The notes below the pieces were generated by a model that was not told where the DNA came from, did no database searches, and was given only the letters and a program-made list of their open reading frames with translations. Positions 21,101 through 29,893 of a DNA stretch of 64,000 nucleotides are shown here, piece by piece (the first letter of the stretch is position 1; each line of letters starts with the position of its first letter). Source of the DNA: Treponemataceae bacterium (GTDB lineage: Bacteria; Spirochaetota; Spirochaetia; Treponematales; Rectinemataceae); assembly GCA_963667725.2 (NCBI GenBank), contig CAXXHO010000003.1, forward strand, positions 1,888,001-1,952,000, read 5' to 3'. The position numbers were made by a program, and so were the translations under genes.

Positions 21101-21750
21101 AAAAAGCGCCCAGACTCTTGCGTTGCCGGAATCCCGAAGAACTCGAGCTTCTCGCGGAGCGGGGACAGCCGCGCCTCCTCATCCTTTTAGGCCAAAAAAG
21201 CGAGTTCATCGGCGCCATCGCGGATTCTCCCGTTCTCGCCAATATCCCCTTGCTCCGTGTCGCGGCGAAATTCGACGACGCTTCCTTCGAAAGACTCATC
21301 GCCGAGAGGCCCAGGACGATCATCTGCAATTCCGGCGATGTTTTCCGCGACGTTATCGCTTCCATCGCGGGCCGACTCTCCGGCGGGGAGGAGTTCCTTC
21401 CCGCGCCGACGGGCGCCATCATCATGAAGGCTATCGTTTTCCTCAATCGATATTTCCGCGAACAGGTTTCGCGCTGGAAGCTTTCCGAGTACGTGAACGC
21501 GAGCGAAGATTACCTCTCGAGAATATTCCATAAGCAGATGGGGATTCCGCTGTGGGAATATCTGAACAGGCTCAGAATCGGCTACGCGATCGAGCTTCTG
21601 AAGAGTTCAGCCGAGAGCGTGGCGGAGGTGGCCTCCAGGTCGGGATTCCAGGATCAGGCGTATTTCTGCCGCGTTTTCCGGAGGATTACCGGCGCGACGC
21701 CGGGAGCCATTCGAAAAGAATCGGGAAGCAATGTCAGAATAGTACAATAA
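18139..21750 (+). CDS. Hybrid regulator: LacI-type sensor domain + degenerate histidine kinase/receiver + AraC HTH
   Basis: N-term IAYVGGP/DRYRAY/ASDLLA/PADIALGGFND; KTEFLAGISGELQEPM (H-box without His); AKRIAFLHGG; C-term YLNRLRI...SGFQDQAYFCRVFRR. Confidence 0.85.
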   Translation: MRQKRHNGTHGGEEPIRPGKDSKNRKRIAFLLASIHSGSSTKVWPEILAESKKHQCTLFVFPGGRLASHDEFEYMRNGIFGLVGAQSFDGAISWASSLSGFASEKQVEDFLLSHIDIPLVTFGLKIRDTPVVNIDTYAGMKQLVFHLAKRHKRERIAYVGGPRAHSSAEDRYRAYRDALGELGLRFDPNLASLDNSWTEGRKAMLDLLDGRKLKPGADFDALCAASDLLAFEAAELLQERGFRIPADIALGGFNDTDESNLFSPTYTTVRMPFERQAPQAFHMLLDRLDGKNPADKVLKTKLVIRQSCGCLTESVHLAGMTASSRWKGMASDAAAASEADILHFVAGVAGFTPEESSLYLEPIVSSFLACLSGRSRVRFLNTLDTILNGFIFRDGNIETFQDILSALRISCRSRAASPATAAMFETLLSQGRVLVSDAEKRIGNYRAWKEKEFDHWLYILNHELLCAKDFEAIVRIAGRCLPKLNIQSGYFALNGKDPAHRIFAGGFDATGNQDGGAKILEPKASGRLFPSSQILPEDIYPAGKGAYIVLPLYYESTSLGYVILRLEKSDAYIFEELRAMFSSAMRGVLLFEQVNEARKRAEKAEKMKTEFLAGISGELQEPMGFIYGAATRLLADAKSEQREDLEAIASYSARQMELTRHLLDLSLAQVDDLALHGSLFDPLSFMEGFAAASKVQQRRKRWGLVGASPPVCGVPLAWGDVARVAQILEIFLDCLFRDLGTPSVEILLGISPSGIGFRIGGRPSGERAARNLDELRSLLETGPGIASMDRMKIELELAKRIAFLHGGSLRCVGDAEAFSLELCLPYPSIEPSAQRDASDRGSAAIAAPGILGVLGERLPASLLSLFPGWTAKKIGIAEAGGSMVQAEGISLLYIDPASMRGEAAAAAGLLLDNGAFRRVGCFVPASNLASDPALRETNSAADWSSLGDFLLRFFPAKASNTVLVLGAAERGEDQGESWAIGLEGSSAEKAPRLLRCRNPEELELLAERGQPRLLILLGQKSEFIGAIADSPVLANIPLLRVAAKFDDASFERLIAERPRTIICNSGDVFRDVIASIAGRLSGGEEFLPAPTGAIIMKAIVFLNRYFREQVSRWKLSEYVNASEDYLSRIFHKQMGIPLWEYLNRLRIGYAIELLKSSAESVAEVASRSGFQDQAYFCRVFRRITGATPGAIRKESGSNVRIVQ

Positions 21751-21801
21751 TCCGACTGAAAATTTGCAAAATCATACTATACTATGATTGGTGGTAACAG
21801 T

Positions 21802-22758
21802 ATGACATCACCAACGACAACCATCGCTCCTGCCCGCGCGGGCAGGACAGGCGGCAGCGGCCTCTGGAAGAACATCAAGCGCCACAAATCGGTCTACCTG
21901 CTGGCCTCCATCTCCTTAACCTACTTCGTCATCTTCAAGTATGTTCCCATCTGGAACGCGCAGATCGCCTTCAAGGATTTCATGGCCCTCGACGGCGTCC
22001 TGGGAAGCCCCTGGGTCGGCCTCCAGAACTTCAAGGATTTCGTCAATTCCTACTATTTCTGGGAACTCATCCGCAACACGGTGATGTACAGCATCGGCAA
22101 GATGATCTTCTCCATACCAGCCGCGATTTTCCTGTCGGTGACTCTCTATGAGTGCCGCATATTCTTCCTGCGCAAGTCGGTGCAGACCCTCGCCTACCTC
22201 CCCCACTTCCTTTCCTGGGTCATCATGTACGCCATCCTCCTCGCCATCCTTTCGCCCTCGAACGGCATCGTCAACGACGTCATCAAGCTCTTCGGCGGCG
22301 AGCCGATATCCTTCCTCACCGACGCGAAGGCCTTTCCTTGGATCGTCATCCTCTCCGACATGTGGAAAGAGATGGGCTGGAGCGCCATCATCTTCCTCGC
22401 GGCGCTCATGGGCATAGACCCTTCCCTCTTCGAAGCAGCCACCGTCGAAGGCGCCAGCGCCTGGCAGCGGGTGCGCTACATCACCTTGCCCTCGATCCGG
22501 CCCGTCATCGTGATGGTATTTCTCCTGAGGCTGGGAACCATCCTCGACGCGGGCTTCAACCAGATATTCATGCTCTATTCGCTGCCCGTATACAGCGTGG
22601 CCGACATCATCGATACATGGATATACCGCCAGGGCCTCCTGGAATTCCGCTTCGGGCTGGCGACGGCGGTAGGCCTCTTTAAAGGAGTGTTTGGCCTCAT
22701 TCTCATAGTGGTTTCCAACAGGCTTATCCGCAAACACACCGATTCCGGGTTGTATTAA
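21802..22758 (+). CDS. Carbohydrate ABC transporter permease (LplB-like)
   Basis: SPWVGLQNF, YLPHFLSWV, WKEMGW, EAA motif, AVGLFK. Confidence 0.92.
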   Translation: MTSPTTTIAPARAGRTGGSGLWKNIKRHKSVYLLASISLTYFVIFKYVPIWNAQIAFKDFMALDGVLGSPWVGLQNFKDFVNSYYFWELIRNTVMYSIGKMIFSIPAAIFLSVTLYECRIFFLRKSVQTLAYLPHFLSWVIMYAILLAILSPSNGIVNDVIKLFGGEPISFLTDAKAFPWIVILSDMWKEMGWSAIIFLAALMGIDPSLFEAATVEGASAWQRVRYITLPSIRPVIVMVFLLRLGTILDAGFNQIFMLYSLPVYSVADIIDTWIYRQGLLEFRFGLATAVGLFKGVFGLILIVVSNRLIRKHTDSGLY

Positions 22759-23657
22759 TGAGGTATGGAACCATGAAAAGCAGCATCAGACTGACAAAAA
22801 GCGATAAATTCTTCCACTTCCTCGTCAACACGAGTCTCTTCGTCATCCTCGCGATTTTCGTGATACCGATATGGAGCACGATAACCCTTTCGTTCCGCCC
22901 CAACACCTTCATCGGATCGGCCCTGGACGGCATGCTCCTGGCGCCCTGGAAATGGTCGACATCGGCTTACGAAGCCCTCCTCGGCCACAGGGCCTTCCTA
23001 ACCTCGACCTTCAACAGCTTCCGCATATTCTTCCAGGGCGTGGCCACAGCCTTATTCCTCACGGTGCCCCTCGCCTACATACTGTCGATCAAGACCCTGC
23101 CCGGGCGCAAATTACTTTATGGCATCGTCATCATTCCCTATCTTTTCAATGTGGGCCTCATCCCGAACTACCTTCTCGTGGCCAAGCTCGGCCTCATGGA
23201 CAAACTCGCCGCCGTCTACCTGCCGGGGGCCATCAGCGTCTACAACACCCTCATCATGAAGAGCTTCTTCGAAGGCATCTCCGAAGAACTCAAGGAATCG
23301 GCGCGCATCGACGGAGCTTCGGAAATCACCGTTCTGCTCAAGATTATCCTGCCTCTCTCCAAGCCCATTCTCCTGACGATAGGCCTTTATTACGGGGTGC
23401 ACTTCTGGAACGATTTCTTCAACGCCATGCTCTATCTCAACGACAGCGCACTCCAGCCCCTGCCCATCCTCCTGCGCAACATCCTGCTTTCCTCGGGGAT
23501 GAACGAGTATGTCGAAGTGAACGCCTTCGGCGAGGCGCCGATAGCGGCGATAAAGGCAGCGAGCGTGCTCCTCGCCGCGATTCCCATGCTCATCGCCTAT
23601 CCCTTTATCCAGCGGTATTTCGTGAAGGGGACGATGCTGGGCAGCGTGAAAGGCTGA
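22758..23657 (+). CDS. Carbohydrate ABC transporter permease (LplC-like)
   Basis: GLIPNYL, ESARIDGA, WNDFF, YPFIQRYFVKG; start may be 22773. Confidence 0.92.
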   Translation: MRYGTMKSSIRLTKSDKFFHFLVNTSLFVILAIFVIPIWSTITLSFRPNTFIGSALDGMLLAPWKWSTSAYEALLGHRAFLTSTFNSFRIFFQGVATALFLTVPLAYILSIKTLPGRKLLYGIVIIPYLFNVGLIPNYLLVAKLGLMDKLAAVYLPGAISVYNTLIMKSFFEGISEELKESARIDGASEITVLLKIILPLSKPILLTIGLYYGVHFWNDFFNAMLYLNDSALQPLPILLRNILLSSGMNEYVEVNAFGEAPIAAIKAASVLLAAIPMLIAYPFIQRYFVKGTMLGSVKG

Positions 23658-23742
23658 GAGCCGTCGGCGCCGCAAGGAGCCGGCTGAATCGGGTTCCAAT
23701 TCGGGGCTTATGTCCCCGTCGCGATAGATCAAGGAGGTTTCC

Positions 23743-25296
23743 ATGAAACGAACAATCAGCATCATGATGACGCTCATTCTCGCCATCGTCTGCATCGGAT
23801 CGACCTTCGCCCAGGGGGCGAAGCCGGTGACGATCGAGATGTGGTACGGAGCGGCTATCACCGAGGCGGGCCCGCCCCCCGATGACTGGGTGGTCTACAA
23901 GATACTGCGCGAAAAATACGGGATCGAACTCAAGATCACGGCCGAGCCTTCGAACGAAAACGACCAGGACGTGAAGATTCTGGCCGCGGCCGCCGCGAAC
24001 CAGCTGCCTGACCTCTTCATGGTGCGCCGCGACCCCTGGCAGACCTTGATCAAGCAAGGCCTCGTGGCTCCCGTCAACGACATGTATCCTCTCATGCCCA
24101 ACAGGGCCGAGAATCATTTCAACGCGGATTCCATCGCCTTTTCGACGATCAGGGGCAAGAGCTACGGCTTCGCCTTCCCCGGCTCCCTCCAGAGGAACGA
24201 AGGCCTCGTCATCAGAAAAGATTGGCTCGACAAGCTCGGCCTCAAGATGCCGACCACCCTCGACGAGCTCTACGATGTCTGCTATGCCTTCACCTTCAAG
24301 GATCCGGACGGCAACGGCAAAAACGACACCTACGGCTACGGCGCCTTCGTCGAGCTCTTCGACCAGGAGCAGTATCTCGGCAGGCGCTTCGAGCCCATCA
24401 TGGCCGCCTTCGGCGTGGCCGGCACCTGGAACATGACGGAGAAGAATTTCGGCCTCAACGCGAAAAAGCCCGAGTTCTTCGAAGCCCTCAAGTTCGTCAA
24501 CAAGATGGTGGAGAACAAGGTCGTTGACCCCGACTGGCCTTCCCTCAAGAAGGACGATTTCCGCGCCGCCTGGAAACAGGGCAAGTTCGGCGTGATGCGC
24601 GAGCAGATGGCAGCCCTCGCCGCCCAGGCCAACTACGCGCCCTTCGACAAGAACTTCCCCAATGGCGAGTGGGCAGCCCTTCCCCCGCCCAAGGGCCCGA
24701 AAGGCCTCGCCGCCACCGGCATCTACGACGCCAACTACAGGATCTACGCCGTTTCCCCCAAGGCCATAAAGGCAGGAAAGAAGGAAGCGATCGCGAAGTT
24801 CCTGGACTGGATGGCCTCCGACGAAGGCTACAAGCTCATCGGCTGGGGCGTAGAAGGCGTGAACTATTCAATCGACGCCAACGGCGACATCACCGACAAG
24901 AATGTGCCCGCCGACACCAAGTTCTCATCCCCCAAGGGACAGACGGTGACCCAGCTCCGCAACATGGTGTTCTACAACTCCGCCCTCGAACTCGGCGCGC
25001 GCTATCCCTACTACACCACGGCCAACGGCCGCAGGATCGGCCCCATGCCCTACCTGAAGACCTTCCAGTCATATCCCTGGATCAACGTCACCGGCGCGGG
25101 CACCATCGCCCCTTCCCCGAACAACGCCGACCTGAAGCGTTTCATCAACCAGGGCGTGCAGGAATTCGTGCTGGGCAAGACCGCGCTGACGAAGGAAAAC
25201 TTCGACGCCTTCGTGGCCCAGATGGACAAGCTGGGCGCCACCGCCTGGGAAAAGGCCGCCAGGGCGCAGATGGATGAGAACGGCTACCTGAAATAG
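23743..25296 (+). CDS. ABC solute-binding protein (oligogalacturonide-type)
   Basis: Signal peptide; RKDWLDKLGL..PTT, DPDGNGKNDT, WGVEG; AAGGAGG RBS. Confidence 0.9.
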   Translation: MKRTISIMMTLILAIVCIGSTFAQGAKPVTIEMWYGAAITEAGPPPDDWVVYKILREKYGIELKITAEPSNENDQDVKILAAAAANQLPDLFMVRRDPWQTLIKQGLVAPVNDMYPLMPNRAENHFNADSIAFSTIRGKSYGFAFPGSLQRNEGLVIRKDWLDKLGLKMPTTLDELYDVCYAFTFKDPDGNGKNDTYGYGAFVELFDQEQYLGRRFEPIMAAFGVAGTWNMTEKNFGLNAKKPEFFEALKFVNKMVENKVVDPDWPSLKKDDFRAAWKQGKFGVMREQMAALAAQANYAPFDKNFPNGEWAALPPPKGPKGLAATGIYDANYRIYAVSPKAIKAGKKEAIAKFLDWMASDEGYKLIGWGVEGVNYSIDANGDITDKNVPADTKFSSPKGQTVTQLRNMVFYNSALELGARYPYYTTANGRRIGPMPYLKTFQSYPWINVTGAGTIAPSPNNADLKRFINQGVQEFVLGKTALTKENFDAFVAQMDKLGATAWEKAARAQMDENGYLK

Positions 25297-25382
25297 GCCG
25301 CGAACCTCGCTGACGTTTTCCCTAACAGAGAGGACTGGGCGCGGAAGCGATTCTTCCCCGCCCGGTCTCGAGACGCTATGGG

Positions 25383-25431
25383 AGCCTCGTGGACGCGTTT
25401 CGCCAAGAAGCGCTTTCGCGAGGCTTTTTTT
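25383..25431 (+). terminator. Intrinsic terminator-like hairpin after binding-protein gene
   Basis: AGCCTCG...CGAGGCT stem with a run of 7 T. Confidence 0.55.
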
Positions 25432-25476
25432 GCAAGACCGGGCGCCTTTCTTTCCGCGCCTTTTCTGGAATTTACC

Positions 25477-26580
25477 ATGAACAATGAACAACGTGCCCTG
25501 TATCTGAATCTCCTCAGCGACGCGATCGAATCGGCCCTTCAGGCATGCGGGCCGGAAAGCATCCGATGGAATTACGAGACGGGCTTGGTTCTCCGCGCCA
25601 TCCGCGTAGCCTCGGGCAGGTACTTCGCGCATCGCTACGACGACCGCGTAAGGGAACTCGCAGATTCGCTCGTGGCTCCCGATGGTTCCATCAGGGGCTA
25701 TCTCAAGGAAGAATACAATCTGGACCAGATCAACGCCGGGAAGCTGGTCTTCGACATATGGAAGGAAGGGGGCGACGCGGGCTACGGCAAAGCCCTGATG
25801 AGCCTGATGAGCCAGCTGGCCACGCATCCCCGAACCGAATCGGGCGCCTTCTGGCACAAGAAAATCTATCCCTACCAGGTTTGGCTCGACGGACTCTACA
25901 TGTTCGGCCCTTTCTACGCGCGCTACGCGGCGGAGTTTTCGCGGCCAGAACTGTTCGGGGACCTCTGCGGCCAGCTTTTCCACGCGAGAGACGCGATGAT
26001 GGACAAGGCGACAGGCCTCTATTACCACGCCTGGGACGAGTCGCGCCGGCAAAGATGGTCTAATCCCGACACCGGTCTTTCGCCCCACATCTGGGGCAGG
26101 GCCGTGGGCTGGCTGTCCATGGCGCTCATAGATGTCCTGGATTGGCTGCCCGCCGATCTTCCCGAGAGACGGGATGTCGTCGCGATGTTCCGCGACCTGA
26201 TGTCGGCCGTCGCCGCCGCCCAGGATGAGTCGGGACTCTGGTTCCAGATCCTCGACATGCCCGAGCGGGAAGGCAACTATCTGGAGGAATCGGCTTCAGC
26301 GATGTTCACGTATTCTCTGTACAAGGGAATGAGGGCGGGGATTCTGGATTCCTCCGGCGTCGAAAATGCGGACAGGGCTCTTGCTGGCCTCGTCGAACGA
26401 TTCATCTCCAGAGACGAGGCGGGCAGGCTCCATGTGAACGGCATCTGCAAGGTGGCCGGCCTGGGCGGGAACCCCTACCGCGACGGTTCTTTCGCCTATT
26501 ACATGAGCGAACCCATCGTGTCCGACGACTTCAAGGGTTCAGGCCCCTTCATGCTGGCGCTCTGCGAGGCGCTTGGTTAA
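25477..26580 (+). CDS. GH105 unsaturated (rhamno)galacturonyl hydrolase
   Basis: WNYETG, YNLDQIN, FWHKKIYPYQVWLDGLYM, HAWDES, WGRAVGW. Confidence 0.92.
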   Translation: MNNEQRALYLNLLSDAIESALQACGPESIRWNYETGLVLRAIRVASGRYFAHRYDDRVRELADSLVAPDGSIRGYLKEEYNLDQINAGKLVFDIWKEGGDAGYGKALMSLMSQLATHPRTESGAFWHKKIYPYQVWLDGLYMFGPFYARYAAEFSRPELFGDLCGQLFHARDAMMDKATGLYYHAWDESRRQRWSNPDTGLSPHIWGRAVGWLSMALIDVLDWLPADLPERRDVVAMFRDLMSAVAAAQDESGLWFQILDMPEREGNYLEESASAMFTYSLYKGMRAGILDSSGVENADRALAGLVERFISRDEAGRLHVNGICKVAGLGGNPYRDGSFAYYMSEPIVSDDFKGSGPFMLALCEALG

Positions 26581-26604
26581 TAATTGATAGGATGTACCGT
26601 TTTT

Positions 26605-26734
26605 GACGGGATAACATGATGGGCAGGATTTACAGATAAGAATTTAGGTAAAGAAAAGAAAGAGCGAAGCGATGCTTTTTCTTTCTTTACCTAAAATATT
26701 TTCCCGTAAATCCTGTCTTTGCGTAAGTCCTGTC
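26605..26734. repeat. Long AT-rich imperfect inverted repeat between convergent operons
   Basis: CAGGATTTAC..TTTAGGTAAAGAAA / TTTCTTTACCTAAA..GTAAATCCTG; CGTAA(A/G)TCCTGTC twice (26705, 26722). Confidence 0.75.
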
Positions 26735-27996
26735 TAATTCTTTTCCGCGAAACCCGTCAGCGCGCGGGCGACGAGGTTCGTCAGCGATTCCACCTTCATG
26801 CCCATCGCGTAGTAGTCATTCAGTTCGGTGAGCTGTGTGTGGCAGTTCTCGCAGGCGGTGCAGATGATATCGGCGCGCGCGGCCTTGATCTGATCGACCT
26901 TCACCTTGGCCGACTTCATGCGGAATTCCTGCTCGCCCATCGAAATAAGCCCGCCGCCTCCGCCGCAGCACCAGTTTTCCTCGCGGTTCGGCGTCAGTTC
27001 GACGAAATCGCCGGTGAGGGCGCCGATGACGCGCCGCGGCTCTTCGATGACGCCGCCGTTGCGAGCCAGCTGGCAGGGATCGTGATAGGTGAGACGGCCC
27101 TGAAGCGTGCCCGGCTTAAGGAAAATCCGGCCCTCGGCTATATAGCGGTCGAGAAGTTCCACGATCGACGTCACCTTGAAATCGTGCTTCCCGGACTGGA
27201 ATTTCAGCACGCGAGTGGCCGTGCCGCATTCCACGACGACGACTTCCTTTACGTTGAGGCGGACGGCCTCGTCAACGATGCGTTGGGATATCTTCGCCTG
27301 TTTCTTGGCATCGCCCAGCCAGGCGGCGAAATTGACCGCCTCGAAGTAGCTCAGGGTCCAGTTTTCCTTCGCGGCGTTCATGATGGCCGCGGCCGGAATG
27401 ATGGAGTGCGCGCCCGAGAGCCCGACATAGAGAATGTCGGCGTCCTGGACATCGACGGGGATCGTCTCCCTGCCTTCGGGCGTCGGAGCCAGGGCTTCCA
27501 CCTGGGATTCGAGATTTTTAATGGCTTCCCTGTAGTTTTCGCCCGACTCGACATAGGTCTCGCCCTTGGCGATCGACATGTCGGAGAGCATGGCGAGAAG
27601 CTGGGGCTGCCGTTCCACGCCGATGAGGAGAAGCTTGGCAATGCCCATGACCTGCTGAGTGTCTATGCCGAAGGGGCAGAAGCCGACGCAGCGGCGGCAG
27701 CCCGTGCAGGAAAAGGCGGCTTCATAGGCCTTGTCCATGCCGATATCGCCGAAGGAAATCGTCTCGCCGAGCCAGGGCGCGAATCTGCCCTGAATCTTGA
27801 AATAGCGCTTGAAGAGCTTGCGGATCACCTCGGCCCTGCCGACGGGCGTGTATTTGGTCTCGGGCATCGACGCGTAGACGTGGCAGGCTTCGACGCAGAG
27901 CCCGCAGCGGGCGCAGGTGTCGAGGTAGAGGCGCATGGCCTTGTTGAGCTTGGTCTCGAAAAGGCGCTTGAGATGGCCGGTCGTTATTTCATCCAT
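26734..27996 (-). CDS. DsrK/HdrD/TmcB-like Fe-S oxidoreductase (two ferredoxin-type clusters + CCG domain)
   Basis: CARCGLCVEAC, CTGCRRCVGFCP, YHDPCQL, CCGGGGG, CTACENC. Confidence 0.88.
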   Translation of the reverse strand: MDEITTGHLKRLFETKLNKAMRLYLDTCARCGLCVEACHVYASMPETKYTPVGRAEVIRKLFKRYFKIQGRFAPWLGETISFGDIGMDKAYEAAFSCTGCRRCVGFCPFGIDTQQVMGIAKLLLIGVERQPQLLAMLSDMSIAKGETYVESGENYREAIKNLESQVEALAPTPEGRETIPVDVQDADILYVGLSGAHSIIPAAAIMNAAKENWTLSYFEAVNFAAWLGDAKKQAKISQRIVDEAVRLNVKEVVVVECGTATRVLKFQSGKHDFKVTSIVELLDRYIAEGRIFLKPGTLQGRLTYHDPCQLARNGGVIEEPRRVIGALTGDFVELTPNREENWCCGGGGGLISMGEQEFRMKSAKVKVDQIKAARADIICTACENCHTQLTELNDYYAMGMKVESLTNLVARALTGFAEKN

Positions 27997-27999
27997 GGC

Positions 28000-28737
28000 T
28001 TACCTCCTTCTCAGCATATTCAGCGGCAGGCTGAAGAATGTGTGCACGATCTTGCTGAAGGGCAGAATCATCATGAAAAGTTCGGCCAGGAAGACATGGA
28101 GCACGATGAAATGATAATGCGAACCATGCAGTACGATTCTGGGGTTCATGAAAGTGAAGCTCGAGAGGATGCCGAAGTAGCTGCTGAAATTGGCCTTCGT
28201 CATCACGAAACCATGCGCCGTCCATGAATTCCCCCAGCTAATCATATCCCCCAGAAGGAAGGTGAAGAGAAGGAGAAGAAGTAGGAGATAGTCGGCGGGC
28301 ACCGAGATATGCCTGTTCTCGCCCTTGAATCGCCTGAAAAGAAAGTAGAAGGCGGGAACCGTGACCGAGACGCCGACGAATCCCGCGCCCACCATGTGAC
28401 GGGAAGCCGCCGGCATGATGTTGATGCTTGGGAAGAGGTCCAGATGGCCCAGGATCAGGAAGGCGATGCCCAGATGGAACCACATGAGAAAGAACCAGAA
28501 GACCGGCTTGCGCTTCCTGATCATCGGCATGCCGAAGGTGTCGCCCAGGGCCGCCAGGGCCGAGCGCTTCCTCGCGGGGAAGGTTTTCAGGCTGTAGGCG
28601 GGGGGTGGCGAGGAAAAGATGGAGGCGATCTTCACGGCGATGCCGACCACCATGACGGTGATGGAGATATAGACGAGAGGCACCATGATGAAGTAGTAGA
28701 GGCCATCCAGGAAGAGGGTGAAGCCTGTGGGGGCCAC
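28000..28737 (-). CDS. DsrM/NarI-like di-haem b membrane subunit
   Basis: About 5 TM; His pairs FHLGI..LGHL and LHVFLAE..FSKIVH; S..ADY..L motif. Confidence 0.85.
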   Translation of the reverse strand: MAPTGFTLFLDGLYYFIMVPLVYISITVMVVGIAVKIASIFSSPPPAYSLKTFPARKRSALAALGDTFGMPMIRKRKPVFWFFLMWFHLGIAFLILGHLDLFPSINIMPAASRHMVGAGFVGVSVTVPAFYFLFRRFKGENRHISVPADYLLLLLLLFTFLLGDMISWGNSWTAHGFVMTKANFSSYFGILSSFTFMNPRIVLHGSHYHFIVLHVFLAELFMMILPFSKIVHTFFSLPLNMLRRR

Positions 28738-28746
28738 GGCGAGGCC

Positions 28747-28986
28747 TTACTTTTGTCGCTTCACGTAGAAGCGGATAAGGCCGGAGTCCTGTTTCGTTTC
28801 GAGAACGGCGTTGCCCGTCGATTTAGCCCAGGAAGGGACATCGGCGAGGGAACCCGGGTCGGTGGAGAGCATCTCGACAACCTCTCCCACCTTCATTTTC
28901 GCGACTTCCATGCTGAGCTTGACGATGGGCATCGGGCAGGCGAGCCCTTTGCAGTCGAGCGTCTTCGTGATTGTGTAGTCGGACAT
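28747..28986 (-). CDS. tusA: TusA-family sulfur carrier
   Basis: LDCKGLACPMP (CPxP), TDPGSLADVPSWA. Confidence 0.92.
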   Translation of the reverse strand: MSDYTITKTLDCKGLACPMPIVKLSMEVAKMKVGEVVEMLSTDPGSLADVPSWAKSTGNAVLETKQDSGLIRFYVKRQK

Positions 28987-29011
28987 ATATTTCTCCTTAG
29001 GCTAAAAATGC

Positions 29012-29548
29012 TCAAATGAATAGCTGGACGGCGGATTCCTTGGCGTCGGCGAGGAAGGAAGCCACCCCGACGACTTTCAAGCCGGGATAATCGATCATCT
29101 CTTCCATCTTCATCCCCATGAGATCCATCGACATCTGGCAGATATTGATCTCGACGCCCAAGGCCCCGGCCGCTTCGAAAAGCTGATCCAGGCTGGCGAC
29201 GTTTTTTTTCGTCATGAGGCTTTTAAGCATCGCGGTGCCGGCGCCCGCCATGTTCATCTGCGAAAGCTTCAGCTTGTCGCGCCCCTTCGGGAGCATGAAG
29301 CCGAACATCTTGCCCATGAAATCCTTGCCGCCCGCCTTCTTGGAAGGATCGCGCAGGGCGGCGGTTCCCCAGAAGGTATAGAAAAGCACGACTTTCATGC
29401 CCATCGCCGCCGCGCCGGTAGCGATGATGAGGGAGGCAATCTGTTTGTCCAGTTCGCCCGAAAAAACGACCATGGAGAGCTTGTTCTCCATGCCGGGGGC
29501 GGAGTTCACCTTAGCCTTGAGCTCACTGAGCTCTTTTTCGATGTCCAT
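29012..29548 (-). CDS. DsrE2-like (DsrE/DsrF/DrsH family) sulfurtransferase
   Basis: VVFSGELDK, ATGAAAMG, FYTFWG, ICQMSMDLMG. Confidence 0.88.
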   Translation of the reverse strand: MDIEKELSELKAKVNSAPGMENKLSMVVFSGELDKQIASLIIATGAAAMGMKVVLFYTFWGTAALRDPSKKAGGKDFMGKMFGFMLPKGRDKLKLSQMNMAGAGTAMLKSLMTKKNVASLDQLFEAAGALGVEINICQMSMDLMGMKMEEMIDYPGLKVVGVASFLADAKESAVQLFI

Positions 29549-29571
29549 AGAGTGTTTTCCTTGAGAGAACG

Positions 29572-29874
29572 CTAGTTGTCGCCAGCGCGGCAGCTTTCGA
29601 GACAATGGAGGAGTTCGACGAGATGAGGTTGGGCGAGGCGGTAGACGGCGAAGCCGTTTTCCCTGCGGAATTCGACGAGGTTGGCCATGCGGAGGATGCG
29701 TAGCTGTTGGGAGACGAGCGACTGCGGGACGGCGAGCCTCTCCGCTAGATCGCTTACGTGCGCTTCGCCGCCGCAGAGCTGGGCGACTATCAGGAGCCTG
29801 GCAGGGTGGGAGAGGGCTTTCAGTATCTCGGCTGTTTCGGCGGCGCGGAATGTATCATCCTTGAGATCGGCCAT
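29572..29874 (-). CDS. ArsR/SmtB-family repressor, possibly persulfide-sensing
   Basis: LKALSHPARL, SLVSQQLRILR, VYRL; Cys in QLCGGE and C-terminal CLESC. Confidence 0.9.
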   Translation of the reverse strand: MADLKDDTFRAAETAEILKALSHPARLLIVAQLCGGEAHVSDLAERLAVPQSLVSQQLRILRMANLVEFRRENGFAVYRLAQPHLVELLHCLESCRAGDN

Positions 29875-29893
29875 TTCAGGTATCGTTCCTCTG

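Noticed and set aside
21732..21775. Possible AraC direct-repeat site upstream of the ABC operon
   Set aside because: Similarity between half-sites too weak to support
26719..28227. 502-aa plus-strand ORF
   Set aside because: Antisense shadow of the DsrK/M-like genes
26734..28737. Calling these genes dsrMK or narI and inferring sulfate or nitrate respiration
   Set aside because: No dsrABC, dsrJOP or narGH in the window; only family-level homology is supported
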